This document shows, one piece after another, positions 13,280-26,288 of a stretch of DNA of 64,000 nucleotides. The notes under the pieces are model-generated. The model saw only the letters and a list, made by a program, of their open reading frames with translations, searched no databases and was not told the origin of the DNA. Numbering within the stretch: the first letter of the stretch is position 1; every line of letters begins with the position of its first letter. Origin of the DNA: Endomicrobiales bacterium (GTDB lineage: Bacteria; Elusimicrobiota; Endomicrobiia; Endomicrobiales; CAWCFT01); assembly GCA_963794945.1 (NCBI GenBank), contig CAWCFT010000004.1, positions 1 to 64,000 on the forward strand. The letters run 5' to 3'. The position numbers and the translations under genes were made by a program.

Positions 13280-13794
13280 TTTAAGTTTGAAGATGCTACG
13301 GTATGAATCTGGAGAGAATATCTATTTCAAGCGGACGTTCACATGATACTATGCTAATCAACATAATTAAACGATCCTATATGTTTTTTTATCTACAATC
13401 TAGTTTTAGCATTATCCTACAATATAAAAGAGTAATTAATTGTTTATTATCTTGGCATTTTATCAAAAATATACTGCAATTGCAAACCAGAAAAGCACCT
13501 TGTTCTTCTATACTTACTCTTATAAAATATGCTAGTAAATGCTCAACCGTTTAAAAACATAATGTTATGGCACTCAATTCATTCTTCAATAAATCGATCT
13601 TATACCAATGGCTTATGATCGTGTGAAGCTTTATTATATTAACTCTTTCAGCTACTATTTTGGCCTTATCGATTAGTGAACCGCAGATTCCTTTTAATAA
13701 AACAAAGTATCTTCAGTATCTTTCATTTCCTAACCGTTATTTAGATTCATTCCCAACAGCAAGCCCGAAGAATAATCAACCTTAGCTATCCAAT

Positions 13795-13823
13795 AAAAAG
13801 AGAACCGACTGGAAGCGGTTCTC
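13795..13823 (-). terminator. Intrinsic terminator downstream of the FliF-FliG-like gene
   Basis: Minus strand GAGAACCG-cttccagt-CGGTTCTC followed by TTTTT. Confidence 0.7.
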
Positions 13824-13868
13824 GTAAAACACTGTATTGGGAGGCTACGTTCTAAGATTAACCTATAC

Positions 13869-15304
13869 TCAGTTCGCGCTTTGTTTTTTTGTGCGGTCGA
13901 TGATTATTATTCCCGCTTTTTCCAGTTCGCGGGCCAGATTAGCTATGTTGCGGTGTTCTTCTGCTATGCGTTTGTCCGAAACTTCACCCAGCAGCTCCAT
14001 CTGTTCCTTGAGCATCGCCTTGGCATCTTCAGTCATTATACCCATGACCTTGTCTTTTATTTCAGCTGAAGCTGTCTTAAGGGCAAGAGCGATTGAATAT
14101 CCGCGTCTCTGTGATTCCCTTATCAGTCTCTGCAGCGCTGGCTTATCCAGTATAATTATATCTTCGAAGAAGAACAGCTCTTTACGCACGCGGGCCGCTG
14201 TGACCTGATTGACCTGTTCAAGAGCCGATATGATATTCAGATGCGTTTCGTGGTCCGAGTGCTCAATAAGGTTCAGAAAATACTCCTCGCCTCCGGCTAG
14301 ATACGCTATCTTCTGACTGAAACTCCCTTCAACTTTCTTTACCTGGTCCGGGTCCAGCAGTTTTACCTCAGCCAAATTAGTGACCACCTGCTGCTGCATC
14401 TGAGCTGTCAGCGATGAAAGCACACTAGAAGCTAATTCGGGCTGGACAGATAATTGATTATTATCGCTATGTTCTCAGGCGTGTCCTTTTTGGCCAGATA
14501 CACTAGGTTCTTTAAATTTTCTTTATTAACGAAACTAAAATGATTTACCTTGTCTTTATCGGCACCGTCTTTTGACTGGGCCCCTGCCATATTGACTACC
14601 CCGCCAAGTTGAAGCTGGCCGGCCATAACCGGGTTAGCTCCCCCGCCGCCACCGCCTCCTCCGATCTCTGAATTTCTCATACGTGCGTCGGATGTCACCT
14701 TCATCTCAACGGTCCTCAATATACTCTTAAAGAATAACCTCATAGGCCCAAAAAGGAATATACCCAGCACCAGAATGACTATGATCCAGTAAGCCTGCTT
14801 TATCCAATTGTTCTGAATATATTCTTGAAGGGTGAAATTTGATTTTGCGAATGCAATCTTTTGCACGTTCACTACATCGCCCCTGATCGAATCAAGGCCT
14901 ATCAGTTCCTGGACTTCCTTCTTTATCCTCGTGGCTATTGCTTCGTTTATTTTTTGGTCGATCGTTACAAGGACAGTTATTTTTTTTATAGTAATACCTT
15001 TTGCGGATGAGCCCGCAGCAAAGGGCACACTGTTATAAGTTACTCCCGGCAGATACTCTTCTTCCGTCATTGCCTGCCCCGGGTACAGCAATTTCCCGCC
15101 TTCTGATTTTGCTGCTTCCTCTCCAAGATCCACATTAACAAGTACTACCATCTCATTCGATCCGATGATCTTTTCCACCAATCGCTCAACGTTCCCTTGA
15201 ATTGATTTTTCCAAGTTAAGTTTTTCTTCCATCAGGGAAGCAGCGTGACCAAGAGAAAAAAACACAATAAGGCAGGCCAGTGACATTTTCAATAATTTCA
15301 TCAT
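13869..15304 (-). CDS. FliF(C-terminal ring domain)-FliG(middle and C-terminal) fusion-like protein, split by one apparent frameshift at ~14445
   Basis: GGAG-ATG at 15304 and a signal-like N-terminus; IKKITVLVTID..LIGLDSIRGDVVNVQKIAF (FliF-like); TM helix; DTPENIAIIINYL..PELASSVL (FliG-M-like); FFFEDIIILD..IALALKTA..MLKEQMELLG (FliG-C-like). Confidence 0.75.
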
Positions 15305-15309
15305 TACTC

Positions 15310-16933
15310 CTATTGTTTCTGTTGTTCTATTTCCTGTATCATCTTCTTGAGAGAATCGTCTGGTGATATCTTTAGGGCCTTTCTCCATGTCTGGACCGCT
15401 TTCTCCTTGTCGCCCAGAGCGTAGAAAGCTGAACCAAGTCGTTTGTAAGCCAATATATTGTTGGGCTCGAGTATGAGCACTTCTTCGCATATGCCTATAA
15501 CCTTCGAATAATCTTTCTGGCGGAACGCTATCAGGCACTCGTAAAGTTTCTGGTCAACGATAGACATGCCGGAGACTGGTTTGGCGTACTCGGTCTTAAA
15601 GCCGGTCTTTTCTTCTATGCGCGTCAGCAGCCTGCTAATAGTGAAATTGTCGGGCTCCGTGGATAGGGCATAGGCGATGGTCTTAACCGCTGCTTCGCCG
15701 TTACCTTCCATGAAGTACGCTATTCCGCGCCTCGTGAGCACTGATGCCTTATCCATGCTTATATTCTGAGGCACTATCGGAATTATAAGTTTCAGGCGTT
15801 CCAGGTATATAGGCACGCTGGGATCGGTCGGATCGATCTTCTGCGCAAGCGTAAAGTCATCCATCGACTGCGTATAAAGTCCCTTGTTGTATGCTCCTAC
15901 TCCGGCCTGATATGTATCGCGGAACTTCACCTGCATCTCTTCTTTCTTTGCTTCATCAGCAGGCGTAAGTGTGGCTGCAGTTGTGGGCACCAACAACTCT
16001 TCGAAGACTTTCGGCTGCTTGGCGAGCATTATCTCATTGAGGGACTTGCCGAATTTATAATTTAGCGATATCCTCTGCGACGGCCCAAGAAAATCCGAGC
16101 CCATGGCATAATCAAGGCTTAGAGTCTTATAAGTGAATCCCAAGCCTACAGTTACCTCATCCTGATTTTTCCCAAGCCTGAGACTGATCATACGGTTTAT
16201 ACGGCCTTCAAATCCAACAGCAAACGAATCTGTCGCGCTTCCTTCGCCAAACGTGCGGTCATAATCAAACGCCATCAGGAGTTTTTCATTAAGTATCCAG
16301 TAGCCTGTTCCAAACTTAACCACAACTGGCAATTGGTCATCGGTATCGCCCATTATATTGGATATAATGTTCTGGACATTTAATCCCAGGCTGAGAGCTT
16401 TTGTTGGCGTATAATACAGTGCGCTGTCAAAAGAAAAACCTGTTCTGGGAAAAAGTATCCAAACTCATACTGATATACTTTCCTGTAACACCCCAAAAAA
16501 CTTTATTACTATAAATATTTGTCCCGTAAGAAGCCCCTAAAGCCATCTGCTGATTGGCAAATGTTCCCAACGAAACATTGTTATCGTCCCTCTTGTCAGC
16601 ACCACCTGAATATAGCCTTATTACGCTTATACCAAATGTTCCTTTATCAAGGATAGGATGAACATACGCTAGGAAATCATAAATGGTATCTTCCCATAAT
16701 CCAGCGTGGAAAGCACCTATTTCATTGTTTTGTAGTGCACCCAGAGCTGCCGGGTTCCAGTACGTTGCGTAGACGTCATCCGCAACACCCGTATAAGCGT
16801 TTGCCATGCCCAGCGATCTTGCGCCAGCACCCCAGGACATAAATTCCCCAGGTTCACCCGCTGCAAAAACATTGCTTAGGGCAAGGAAACTTGACAGTAA
16901 TGACAAAATGGCAAAATATCTTAAATTCTTCAT
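15310..16933 (-). CDS. PorV/PorQ-like outer-membrane beta-barrel with C-terminal TPR domain (frameshift at ~16445)
   Basis: GARSLGMANAYTGVADDVYATYWNPAAL motif; removing one A restores FSQTGFSFDSALYYTP; barrel ends QRISLNYKFG; TPR helices (AYKRLGSAFYALGD..W.KAL). Confidence 0.8.
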
Positions 16934-16950
16934 AGTTTTACGTATGCCTG

Positions 16951-19900
16951 TTAATGTATTACCCCTATTTTCCATCTCTGCTTCACAGTTTGATTACTGC
17001 CCTGCACTTCAACATATAAAATATACATGCCGGCACCAACTTTACGACCACCACTATCTGTTCCATCCCATGTAGACGTGTTATCTCCGGCTGTGCCTGC
17101 AATCTGCCATTCCTTTACAAGCTTTCCGAAAAGGTCAAATATTTTAAGAAGAACCGTAGCATCCTGATTCAAAACAAATGTTATAGTCGCGCTCTTCTTA
17201 CGCGAATCGAACGGGTTAGGATACGAAGCAAGCTCGTTGACTAAACCGGACGGCAGAGACAGGTAAGCGGCAGCCGAGGCATCTGAGAAACTACCCAAAG
17301 AGCCCGCATAGTTCATTGCGCTGACCCTGTAATAAAAGAATGTACTTTCATCAGTGGCTGTATTTTTTACAACACTGTATTCAGCTACTGTAGTTGTTGA
17401 AACTGTGTGCCAGACTGGTGAAGTGTCGGATCTTTCCTGAAGCTCGTAATACCAAATTCCTGAAACAGGGTCGTTAGCCGGCTGCCAGGAAACCCAGTAG
17501 GAAGAAATGGCGGGCGCCTTATTAGTGTTAACACTGGATTTTGCAAGAAGCGCACTAACACTGCTTGCCTTGGGAGATGTATCGGTCAACCCCGAAGGAG
17601 TGGAAGGCGGTAGAAGGTCGATCAATACGGGCGCGCTGGTTACACGTTCAAAGCCGTCTTTGCTAATAGCCATTACCCATAGGTAATAAAGAGTATTGTG
17701 CTTCAGGTTAAGACCCTGCATCAGCACAGTAGCAGTTGATGTTGCTGACCAGCTAGTCAAATCCGGAACGCTTGTAGTGCTGAATACACTAAAGCTTGCG
17801 ACCGCATATTGTGCCTGTTTTATGCCATTTAGCGCCTGAGCTTGCCATGCAAATCCAATGTTTGAAGCTTGGTTAGAACAATAAACCGTTTGTCCTCCAT
17901 ACTGTATCCCCCCGGGATAACCTACATTCAACGCCAGTTGAGGCACAGAAGGAGTTTTCGCATCCAAGAGATTAACTGTCCCAGTTTGGAAATACCCTCC
18001 TGATATACCGCCCTGAAAGTTGAGCCCGTATTCAGGCGGTGAAGTTGTAAAAGCACTGTTGCTCAAACCCATACCGACGGTTTGTTGAGGAGCGCCATTG
18101 GTGTTGAAATCATAGGCGACAAATACCGTGCTGCTTGAATCATAAACCGACAGCGGTGTTGTAAGTGTTATTGTGGACACCCCAAGGCTGTTGAACGTCC
18201 CACTACCTATAAGAGTGTCGGTAGATGCAAAAACATCGCTGTTGTTTGTGTTTGCATAAAGTTTTATCGCGCCGATGTTTGAGGCGTTTCCTGTGCCTGT
18301 CAGGTTCAGCGTGATATTGGTTACAAAAGCAGTACAATATACCCATAACTTCATTTTTGCCATAACTATGCCCGTATCATTAACACGAGCTTCCCTTGGA
18401 GAAAGATCCGCGAGTGTTACGTTTACCCAGTCGCGATGGTATTGAATAGTCGCAGTCGAAGTGTAAATAGGGAAATTTGCAGGAGAAACAACATTAATAC
18501 CTGCAAGCGAAATGTCCGTGGAATTAATTTTTAACTGAATTGCGTCGCCAGGTGTCGCCCTTTTGTACACAGATGCCGCAATGAAGTATGTGGCAAAACC
18601 TGGAAGAGGAGTACTAATAATCTCAGGAGTAGTAAGTATTATATCTCCTTTGCCCGATGAAAGAACACCAGATCCCAGCAAGGTGTCGACTGCAGGGTTA
18701 AAATTTAATGTTCCGTCTGTGCCCCTGTAAAACTGAACACTTGTAACATCCGCATCCGTGGCTGTTCCTATTTCAGTAACATGAATTTTGGTCACATTGA
18801 CTTGCGCCCCCGCCTGCTGCACGGAAAGCTGTAAAGTCTGAAGCCACGCGACTTGGCTCTGGTCAACAAACTGATTCTGAGTAGACGCGGGCGTTACTGT
18901 AAGAGTATTTAGCGCCTGTTGTATCCTCATCTGGTTTGAGATAAAAGATGAGGTTGAACACTGCACACCATTTACACCGGCGCCATCAAGGATGAAAGAA
19001 AATGTGCTCATATTAAATGACAGCCAGAACCTGGCATCCGCTGTTGGAGTATAATATGCCGCAGTTGGAGAAACATTTGCTGTAAGCAAGTAATAGTTCG
19101 TAGTTGTATTACTTATTCCTATTTGTGAATTTGACTCCGGAGATGGAAGATTTAAGTACGCATACCCGGCTACTGTCGTACCGAAAGCAGCTGTAGCTAT
19201 AAGCGTATTGTAGGCATAACTTGAATCCTGGCTTCTAAAAAGGTTTACACTTTGTATATCAGTATCTCTATTATTTATACCGTTGCGCGCAATTATAAGT
19301 TGCTGCCACGGAGTTCTACCGCGGTCAGTAATCATGGTAAAGCTTGATATAGGCACGTTCTGTTGACCCTGCGTGACTTGCGTGAGAGATAAGTTGCCCA
19401 CACTAATTTCTACTGTGCAGGAGCTCGGGATTATTGTAAACGGAGGCATGACAAAAGGCAGGTTATTCTGAGCAAATTGTATACCGTTAACTCCGTTGGA
19501 TCCGCCTAAAAACCTGTTCGTGTTGCTAGTATTGGCAAAATCAAGCTCCATTCCTAATGTGTTACCCAGGCTGGCTGTCTGGCTGATTTGAGGCATGATC
19601 AAGAGATAAGTTGTAGTCCCGTTAAACGTCAATGGGCTTGATGGAAAGTTAATTGTCGCAAAATCGTTGCCGTTTCCGTCGGTTAACAAAGGCGCTCCGC
19701 CAACAAGTGTATCGCCCGAGTCAAGTACACCGTTTCCGTTATTGTCGCGGTAAACATTAATTGAAGTGATGTCCGTATCGGCACACGTGGAAGCCGCAAA
19801 CTTTTTCACTATAATCTGGTTAACGCTCGAAGCCCCCGAGTTTGTCGTAAGTACCCCCAAGTATATTCCGGGATTTGTTTTACCCTGAACCAGCCCAGCT

Positions 19901-22900
19901 GCCGGAGCCTGAACTACAGGATTAGTGATTACAAGGGCGTTCCATACGAAGGGTGTTGACGCCCCGCTCATCGCCTGCATTGTCCATGTGGCGCCGTCAT
20001 TAGTCTGCAGAATACTGCCGTTCGCTCCAACCGCTGTCACAGCATTTATATTAGAACCCACAAAACTTATTCCGTAATAATTCGGGGCCGCAGCAGTTGA
20101 TACCGCAAGGCTCCATGTTTGTCCGCCGTTTGAAGTGTTTAATATTGTGTTACAAGCTCCGGCTGCATAACCAAAAGTCGGAGAAAAAAAGTTAACTGAA
20201 TATAAATTCGAAGTTACAGGGGTAGTTTGCGGAGCCCATGTTGCTCCGCCGTTTGAGGTCTTATATATTATGCCGTTGTCCGCAGCTATGTAACCTGTAA
20301 GTAAATCACTGCAAAAATATATCTTATTAAGGTTACCGCTGCCAAGACTCGCGCTCTGCCATGTCTGGCCGGAATTAATGGTCTCCAAAAGCGTCCCGCT
20401 GTCCCCGATAGCAAAACCGGTTGACACATTAAGAAAATACACAGAACGAAGCCTCAGCGCAGTTCCGCTTACCTGTGCGCTCCATGAATGTCCGCCGTTA
20501 ACCGATTGCACGATATTTCCGCTGTCGCCGACAGCCCATCCTGTTGATGCGTTAACAAAATAAACACCGTTAAGGTTTGAAGCAAGGCCGGTAGAGTAAG
20601 TGCTCCAGTTGACCCCCGAATTGGTGCTTGCAATAACACGCCCCGCGGTGCCTGACGCCCAGATATTTATTCCGTCAGGAGAGCTTAGGCCGGACAGTCC
20701 GTTTGTCGCGCCTGATGAATAAACTTCCACAAACCATTGCGCAGAGTTGTTCCGTGATTTTATCATTCCACCGTTCCCTACCAGTACGTTGTTTAAAACG
20801 TCTTTGTAGTCCTGATTAATAACTTCCTGCACTGAATATATCGTGGAACAGGCTATTGAATTGTTGCCTTTATTTCCTATTGTAAACGTGGTTTCCCCTC
20901 CATCAGAGGCTGTAAAAGAATGAGTTGAAGGTGTTATAGTTATGCCTGCAACAGTGCATGTTACAACGATGTCGCCCTCATAATTAGCTGAAACGTTCGA
21001 AGGGTTAACGCCATCGTTTGCCCTGATAGTTATAGTCTGGTCAACGCCTATATTGCCTGCTCCTGGAGTGTCTATCATAAATCGCACTGCTTGGCCAGGT
21101 GTGACCGTTTCTACCTGTGTTCCAGGAGCCCATCCTTGTGAAGGAGATTCTGAAACTGTTATTGTTGGAGCTCCCGAGTTAGTGTCTTCGTACTGAAAAG
21201 TGGCCTGACTTGAACCCTGAGGAATGGTAATTGACGTCAACCCCCATGCACCGCCCTGGCCAAAGCTTCTTCCACTTGAAGTCGAATTGAGGTTTAGGGT
21301 TGTATTTGAAGTTACCTTAAGCGGGTTGTTGTTCGCATCTTCTGTCTGAATGGTTATACCGGGAGTTTGATATCCGACATAAGTGGTTCTGGGAAGCCGT
21401 TATGAATACTATTTTGGTTATAGCTGACGCGTTTGCCGCTGTGCTTGTTGAAGTAACTATATTTGTCGAAATTTGAGAAATTTCATTATTACTATTTACA
21501 GATTTAATTGCAAAACCCCAGAATGATCCTGGAGTAAGCCCTGTCAACGTAAAGCTTTGTTTTTGCCCTGCAACCGCGTTTGTTGATATTGTAAAACTCA
21601 TATCAGCGTTGCTGAACTGTGTGTCATTGGATATATAGTAACCGTTCTTTGCATTGATAATATATTCGCCGCCTGTTAGGTTTGCAACCTGTGTACCGTA
21701 AGCGCTGGGCGCTGTCCATGTAAGCACTATGCAGCCCGCAGTATCTGTTGAGGGCACCGCAGTAAGGTTTGTAATAGCAGAAGGGCATCCCTGGAAACTA
21801 TAGGGGCCAAGCTTTGTTATGCCGGAAGGCAAATTCTGCTGGTTATATGTTTCGGAATAGAAATACCATGATGCAGAGTTAAGCAGAGGCCAAAAGTATG
21901 TTTCTGGTTTTTTGATCACTGGGCTATCGGAGTTATCATTAACAACTGTAGTAGTTGGTGCCCATACCTCATCAGCAGAAGTTATTGAATAAGCCGGGTT
22001 TGTAGTGAATGCAACCCTGTAATACGCTATTGTTGTTGTGCTTTCGTTAGAAGTGAAGGTAAACATTGGCTGAAATATGTTTGTCCCGGTAGGGATCGGA
22101 TTATAGACATAACCACTGACTGGCAATAATTGAAATACCTCGGAATTATTACAAGGCGGATCGGCGTACGTGTACATAGTCGCGGAACCAGAAAAGTTTG
22201 TACCAACAACATTATATGCGCCGACCCAACTGCAGTATCCAGCATTAGGTTGTAGGTTGTTCTCAACATACCATGTAACACCCGCATTAAGAGAAACTAT
22301 TCCTCCAGTGCTTGTATAGAATGTGAAACCATCTTCTTCAGGCCCGCCTTGCTGGGCTTCATCCGTCCATGTCCACTCAATTGAACTCGTAGAAAGCGGT
22401 GTCCCTGCAAAATTTGTTGGAGAGGGCGGCGGGCTCTGGTATTCAATTGAAACATCAACAAGATATGGAGTAGTGGTCCCGTCACCCGAAAGCGTTGCCT
22501 GATACTGAATATATCTGCCTTCTGACAAAGAGGAAGGAAACTCATTGTTTGTAAGCGAACCTGACCAGCTTGGGCTAGTGTCATCTTTCAAGAAGATGTT
22601 ATCGGATGTGCGCATGCTTATCGCGATACTAGTGCCGCCGCCGGTTATAGCAGTCCATGACGCGAACAGAACTTCAGCTTGTTGTCCACCAGTATCAAAA
22701 ACAGCGGACTGATATATTCCCTGTGGATAGATAGCGTAATATATTTCATCGGCGCCCACCGAAATATTAGGAGGAGATGAGACATATTTCTGCACTACTA
22801 TATCATCAATCCATGCTTTGCTTAAACCAGCCCAACCGGCTGCATCTCTGCTATATTGCCACATGAGCGTGTGTTGTCCTTGAGGAATAACATAGACTCT

Positions 22901-23809
22901 TTGCTGCCAGTATTGTTCAAAATTACTTCCAACAGGTATCCCATCATAGGCTCCGGAAGGCTGAAGACACGATGTGGGGTCGGGTTCTACCCCGTCAATA
23001 AAAAAATGTATCATATCATAATTAGGTTCAGAAGAAGCTGCCCAGTAGAAGGTCACCGTTGCCGTCATTTCAAGATTAATATTGGTTTGCAAGAAACTGT
23101 TCGAATTGTTTCCCGGGTCAAAGTTCAAAACAGTGGACGCTATGGCGTAATTGCCGTCATATTTTGAAGAAGTAACAATTACGAAAGGCCCACCGCCCGG
23201 CCCGCCACCGCCAGTTGTCCAAATAGAGCCATTAATTTGACCCGATTCCCAGTCTTCATAAATATCATATGTTTTTTTCTGAGATGAAAAACTTGTTGCC
23301 GTGCTCAAGTTATTATAATACATATAAATAGATGCTGAACTGACCGGTATGCTTGACACTTTTACGACAAACTGCGTTGCCGGGCCAGAGGCTGAAGCTA
23401 TGTAGTAATTTAACATTGTTTGCCCGTCGCTGGCGGTAAACCTTATGTCAGCCATATCCGGGCGCATTTTGCCGGCGGAAATCAACGACTGCGTGTCTAA
23501 ATTGAATGTTATCTGGTAATTTGTCAGAACTTGAGATGAAGGGCTATTGTCTATGTTTATTTGCCTGCGGTTAAGCCAGTTTGTATTAAACCAGTTAAAA
23601 AACTGGTTTAATTGTACGGTGTTATTTGCAGTAGCCGTTGTTGTACCCAATACAAAATCACCTTTATCGAAATTCGCCTGACTGTTATCCGTCCAATAAG
23701 CGGCGGCATAAGCACGGTCCACCTGGCTTAAACAAACCGTTATCAAGAAGATTGTAAAAAATGCTTTCAACATGCTTTTACATAATAATGTGTCACAGCT
23801 TTTTTTCAT
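16951..23809 (-). CDS. Very large secreted surface protein (~2280 aa): DUF2341-like, FN3, YCF48/BNR-like propeller, FlgD-Ig/T9SS type A-like C-terminal domain (frameshift at ~21388)
   Basis: Signal peptide; GKMRPDMADIRFTASDG (DUF2341-like); repeated TxNGGxTW Asp-boxes; C-terminal SYPNPF..KIFDLFGKLVK..WDGTDSGG..GMYI. Removing one A at 21386-21391 joins the two ORFs. Confidence 0.8.
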
Positions 23810-23814
23810 TTAAT

Positions 23815-24180
23815 TTAACCCATTGCCAGATCGGAGATCTTTTTAAGCAGCTCCTTAACATCAAACGGTTTGGGGAGATAGTCGTCGATTCCGGCGTCGA
23901 AGATCTTGCTCCTGTTGTCGGCGGAATCATACCCGGTTATCGCGATCATGGGTATGTTTCGCGAAGTATTCATCGAACGTATTTTTTTGCATATTTCAAA
24001 ACCATTCATCTCAGGCATCATTAGGTCCATTATCACGACATCCGGCATAATATCTTCTATCACCGCCAGGGCCTTTTCTCCGGCCGAGAACAAGTGCGCC
24101 TCGTAACCGTAGGTCTTAAGCAAGTCGCCTAGCACAGCCAACACATCAGGGTCATCCTCTATTATCAGTATCTTTTTCAT
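23815..24180 (-). CDS. Single-domain response regulator (receiver)
   Basis: ILIIEDD, DLMMPEMNG, TG and DDYLPKPF motifs. Confidence 0.93.
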   Translation of the reverse strand: MKKILIIEDDPDVLAVLGDLLKTYGYEAHLFSAGEKALAVIEDIMPDVVIMDLMMPEMNGFEICKKIRSMNTSRNIPMIAITGYDSADNRSKIFDAGIDDYLPKPFDVKELLKKISDLAMG

Positions 24181-24212
24181 AGAAGCACTGCCGCAATCCG
24201 TTTCAAGTTAGT

Positions 24213-25628
24213 TCATTTCAACGGCAGCCTGATAGTAAAAACGGCGCCTTTATTTTCGCCTTCGCTGTACGCGATTATTTCACCCTCGTGTTTCTGCATA
24301 ATTCCGTAGCTGATAGTAAGGCCGAGGCCTGTTCCCTGTCCGACATCCTTAGTAGTAAAAAACGGGTCGAACACATGCCCCACATGCTCTTTTTTAATAC
24401 CTTTTCCGGTATCGGAAACGACTACTTCCAGAAAACCAGCCGCGAGCCTCGCGGATATAGTAAGCAGGCCATTCTGGCCCATGGCCTGAATGGCGTTGTT
24501 AACGATATTTAGAAAAACCTGCTGTATGTGGCCGGCTGATACTCTGATCATCGGAAGGTTAGGAGGGATGTCTTTGACAACTTTTATGTTATGCAGGTCT
24601 ATTTCGCTTTTAGTGAAATCAAGCGTCTCATCTATGAGTTTATCTATGCTTTTTAATGAAAAATTGTAGTTTTTGTCCCTTGCAAAATCAAGCAGAGCAC
24701 GCACTATCTGGCGGCACCTCTGCGCGGCGGACTCTATCCTTTCTACATTGTACCGGCACGGGTCGCCTTTTGGAAGCTTGTCCAGCAGGAGCTGGGCCTG
24801 GCCCAAAACACCCGTAAGAGGGTTGTTTATCTCGTGAGCGACTCCTCCCGCGAGCTGGCCTATGGATGACATCCTGTCCATCTGCATGATTTGTAGCTGC
24901 ATGGTTCTGATGTTCTCCACCATTTGGTTAAACCCCGTTGCGAGCTTGCCTATCTCGTCCTGCGTGTCAATCTTTAACCTGTAATCCATGTCGCCTTCGC
25001 CGATCTTATGCACACCATCCTGCAGTGCGCCAAGCGGGGCTGAGATCGAGCGGTAAATAAAATAGCTCATTAGCGATCCTATTATTATAGTAAGCACGCC
25101 GACGGCAACCGAAAATATTATCCCAAAAGTATTTATATTATTTATCTTATGTTCAAGCTGATCAATAGCCTTTGTGTGATAGTCAATGAAGCCTTCCAAC
25201 TGTTTCGTCAACTCCATTTTTTTCGCGTTAAAATCAGTTGAGAACATACCGAACAACTGATCGCGCGAATCGTTAAGCATGCCGTTTTCTACGAGAGTGT
25301 TGAGTTTTTTATAACTGATGTACCACGCGTCCAGGTCAGCCCAGGTAGACCCCATAGCGTTAACACGCTTGGTTATCAGTTCTGACTGCTCTTTCGACTT
25401 GTCCTTTTCGTTCTGGTCGCCCAATATCATGTAGTAATTCAGGTCGCGCCACTGGGCATCGTACGTCTGATATATCTCGCGCCAAAAGAAAAGCCTCGAA
25501 TAATGAGTCACCCTGCTGCTGGAAAGCTTCCAGTTCTGAAGCCCGAATATAACAAGCGCAGTTCCCATCAAAACTACAAGCGAGACAAGTACCGCGAATG
25601 CTGTCAAAAGCTTCGTTTTTATCGTCAT
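24213..25628 (-). CDS. Membrane sensor histidine kinase (2 TM, HAMP, HisKA, HATPase_c)
   Basis: DEIGKLATGFNQM, GVAHEINNPL, QQVFLNIVNNAIQA, DTGKGI, FDPFFTTK, GTGLGL. Confidence 0.95.
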   Translation of the reverse strand: MTIKTKLLTAFAVLVSLVVLMGTALVIFGLQNWKLSSSRVTHYSRLFFWREIYQTYDAQWRDLNYYMILGDQNEKDKSKEQSELITKRVNAMGSTWADLDAWYISYKKLNTLVENGMLNDSRDQLFGMFSTDFNAKKMELTKQLEGFIDYHTKAIDQLEHKINNINTFGIIFSVAVGVLTIIIGSLMSYFIYRSISAPLGALQDGVHKIGEGDMDYRLKIDTQDEIGKLATGFNQMVENIRTMQLQIMQMDRMSSIGQLAGGVAHEINNPLTGVLGQAQLLLDKLPKGDPCRYNVERIESAAQRCRQIVRALLDFARDKNYNFSLKSIDKLIDETLDFTKSEIDLHNIKVVKDIPPNLPMIRVSAGHIQQVFLNIVNNAIQAMGQNGLLTISARLAAGFLEVVVSDTGKGIKKEHVGHVFDPFFTTKDVGQGTGLGLTISYGIMQKHEGEIIAYSEGENKGAVFTIRLPLK

Positions 25629-25719
25629 AATTTTTAATATATTAAAGATTCAAGATTAAAGATTTGAGATTAAAAGGCGTCAATCTTTAATTTTCTAAAT
25701 CTTTTAATTTTTAATTGTC

Positions 25720-26100
25720 TTATCTCGCAACAACTATAGTCCCGCTGGTCGTTGTGGTGCCGTCCCGCCACTGGTATATATAAACGCCGGGAAACACCAA
25801 ATTGCCCCCGTCATCTTTCCCGTCCCGAACAAGCCTCCAGCCGGTTGCTATCGCCATAGGGTTTAAGACCTGTATCGACCGCACTACCCTGCCGGTAAGG
25901 TCAAATATCTTTAATTCTGGTTTTGGTTCGCTGAAATCGTCAAAATCAAAAAACGCGTTCTCGTTTGACGCAGTGACTCCGGGCGTGATCAAGCGAGGGT
26001 AAACCTTGATGCCGGAATACACAATTGTGTTACAATATAGAAATACCACCGACGCGGCCAGCAAAATAGGAAAAAAATGAAATTTCACTATTTTATTCAT
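25720..26100 (-). CDS. Small secreted protein consisting only of a FlgD-Ig/gliding-motility CTD-like domain
   Basis: Signal-like N-terminus, then YPRLITP..KIFDLTGRVVR..DGKD..PGVYIYQ..GTIVVAR, matching the C-terminus of 27941..30991. Confidence 0.75.
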   Translation of the reverse strand: MNKIVKFHFFPILLAASVVFLYCNTIVYSGIKVYPRLITPGVTASNENAFFDFDDFSEPKPELKIFDLTGRVVRSIQVLNPMAIATGWRLVRDGKDDGGNLVFPGVYIYQWRDGTTTTSGTIVVAR

Positions 26101-26130
26101 TTTTGTTTCCTTTTTTAACTTTCATGAATT

Positions 26131-26159
26131 ATTATAACCTACTTTTCTACAATTTTCAA
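26131..26159 (-). promoter_or_regulatory. Sigma70-type promoter upstream of the small CTD gene and two-component pair
   Basis: Minus strand TTGAAA-17 nt-TATAAT, ~30 nt upstream of ATG 26100. Confidence 0.6.
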
Positions 26160-26288
26160 CAATTTCTTTATAAATATTATCATTTTTATGTTGTGGCATA
26201 CTCTACGCTGTAAGACTGTTTTTACCTACTAAGAATTGAAAATCCAGTCACTTTAATATATTCAATCATGAAACTTAAATTATACTTC

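Noticed and set aside
13300..13790. Gene in the AT-rich gap
   Set aside because: Only short ORFs with no recognisable motifs; possibly decayed or regulatory DNA.
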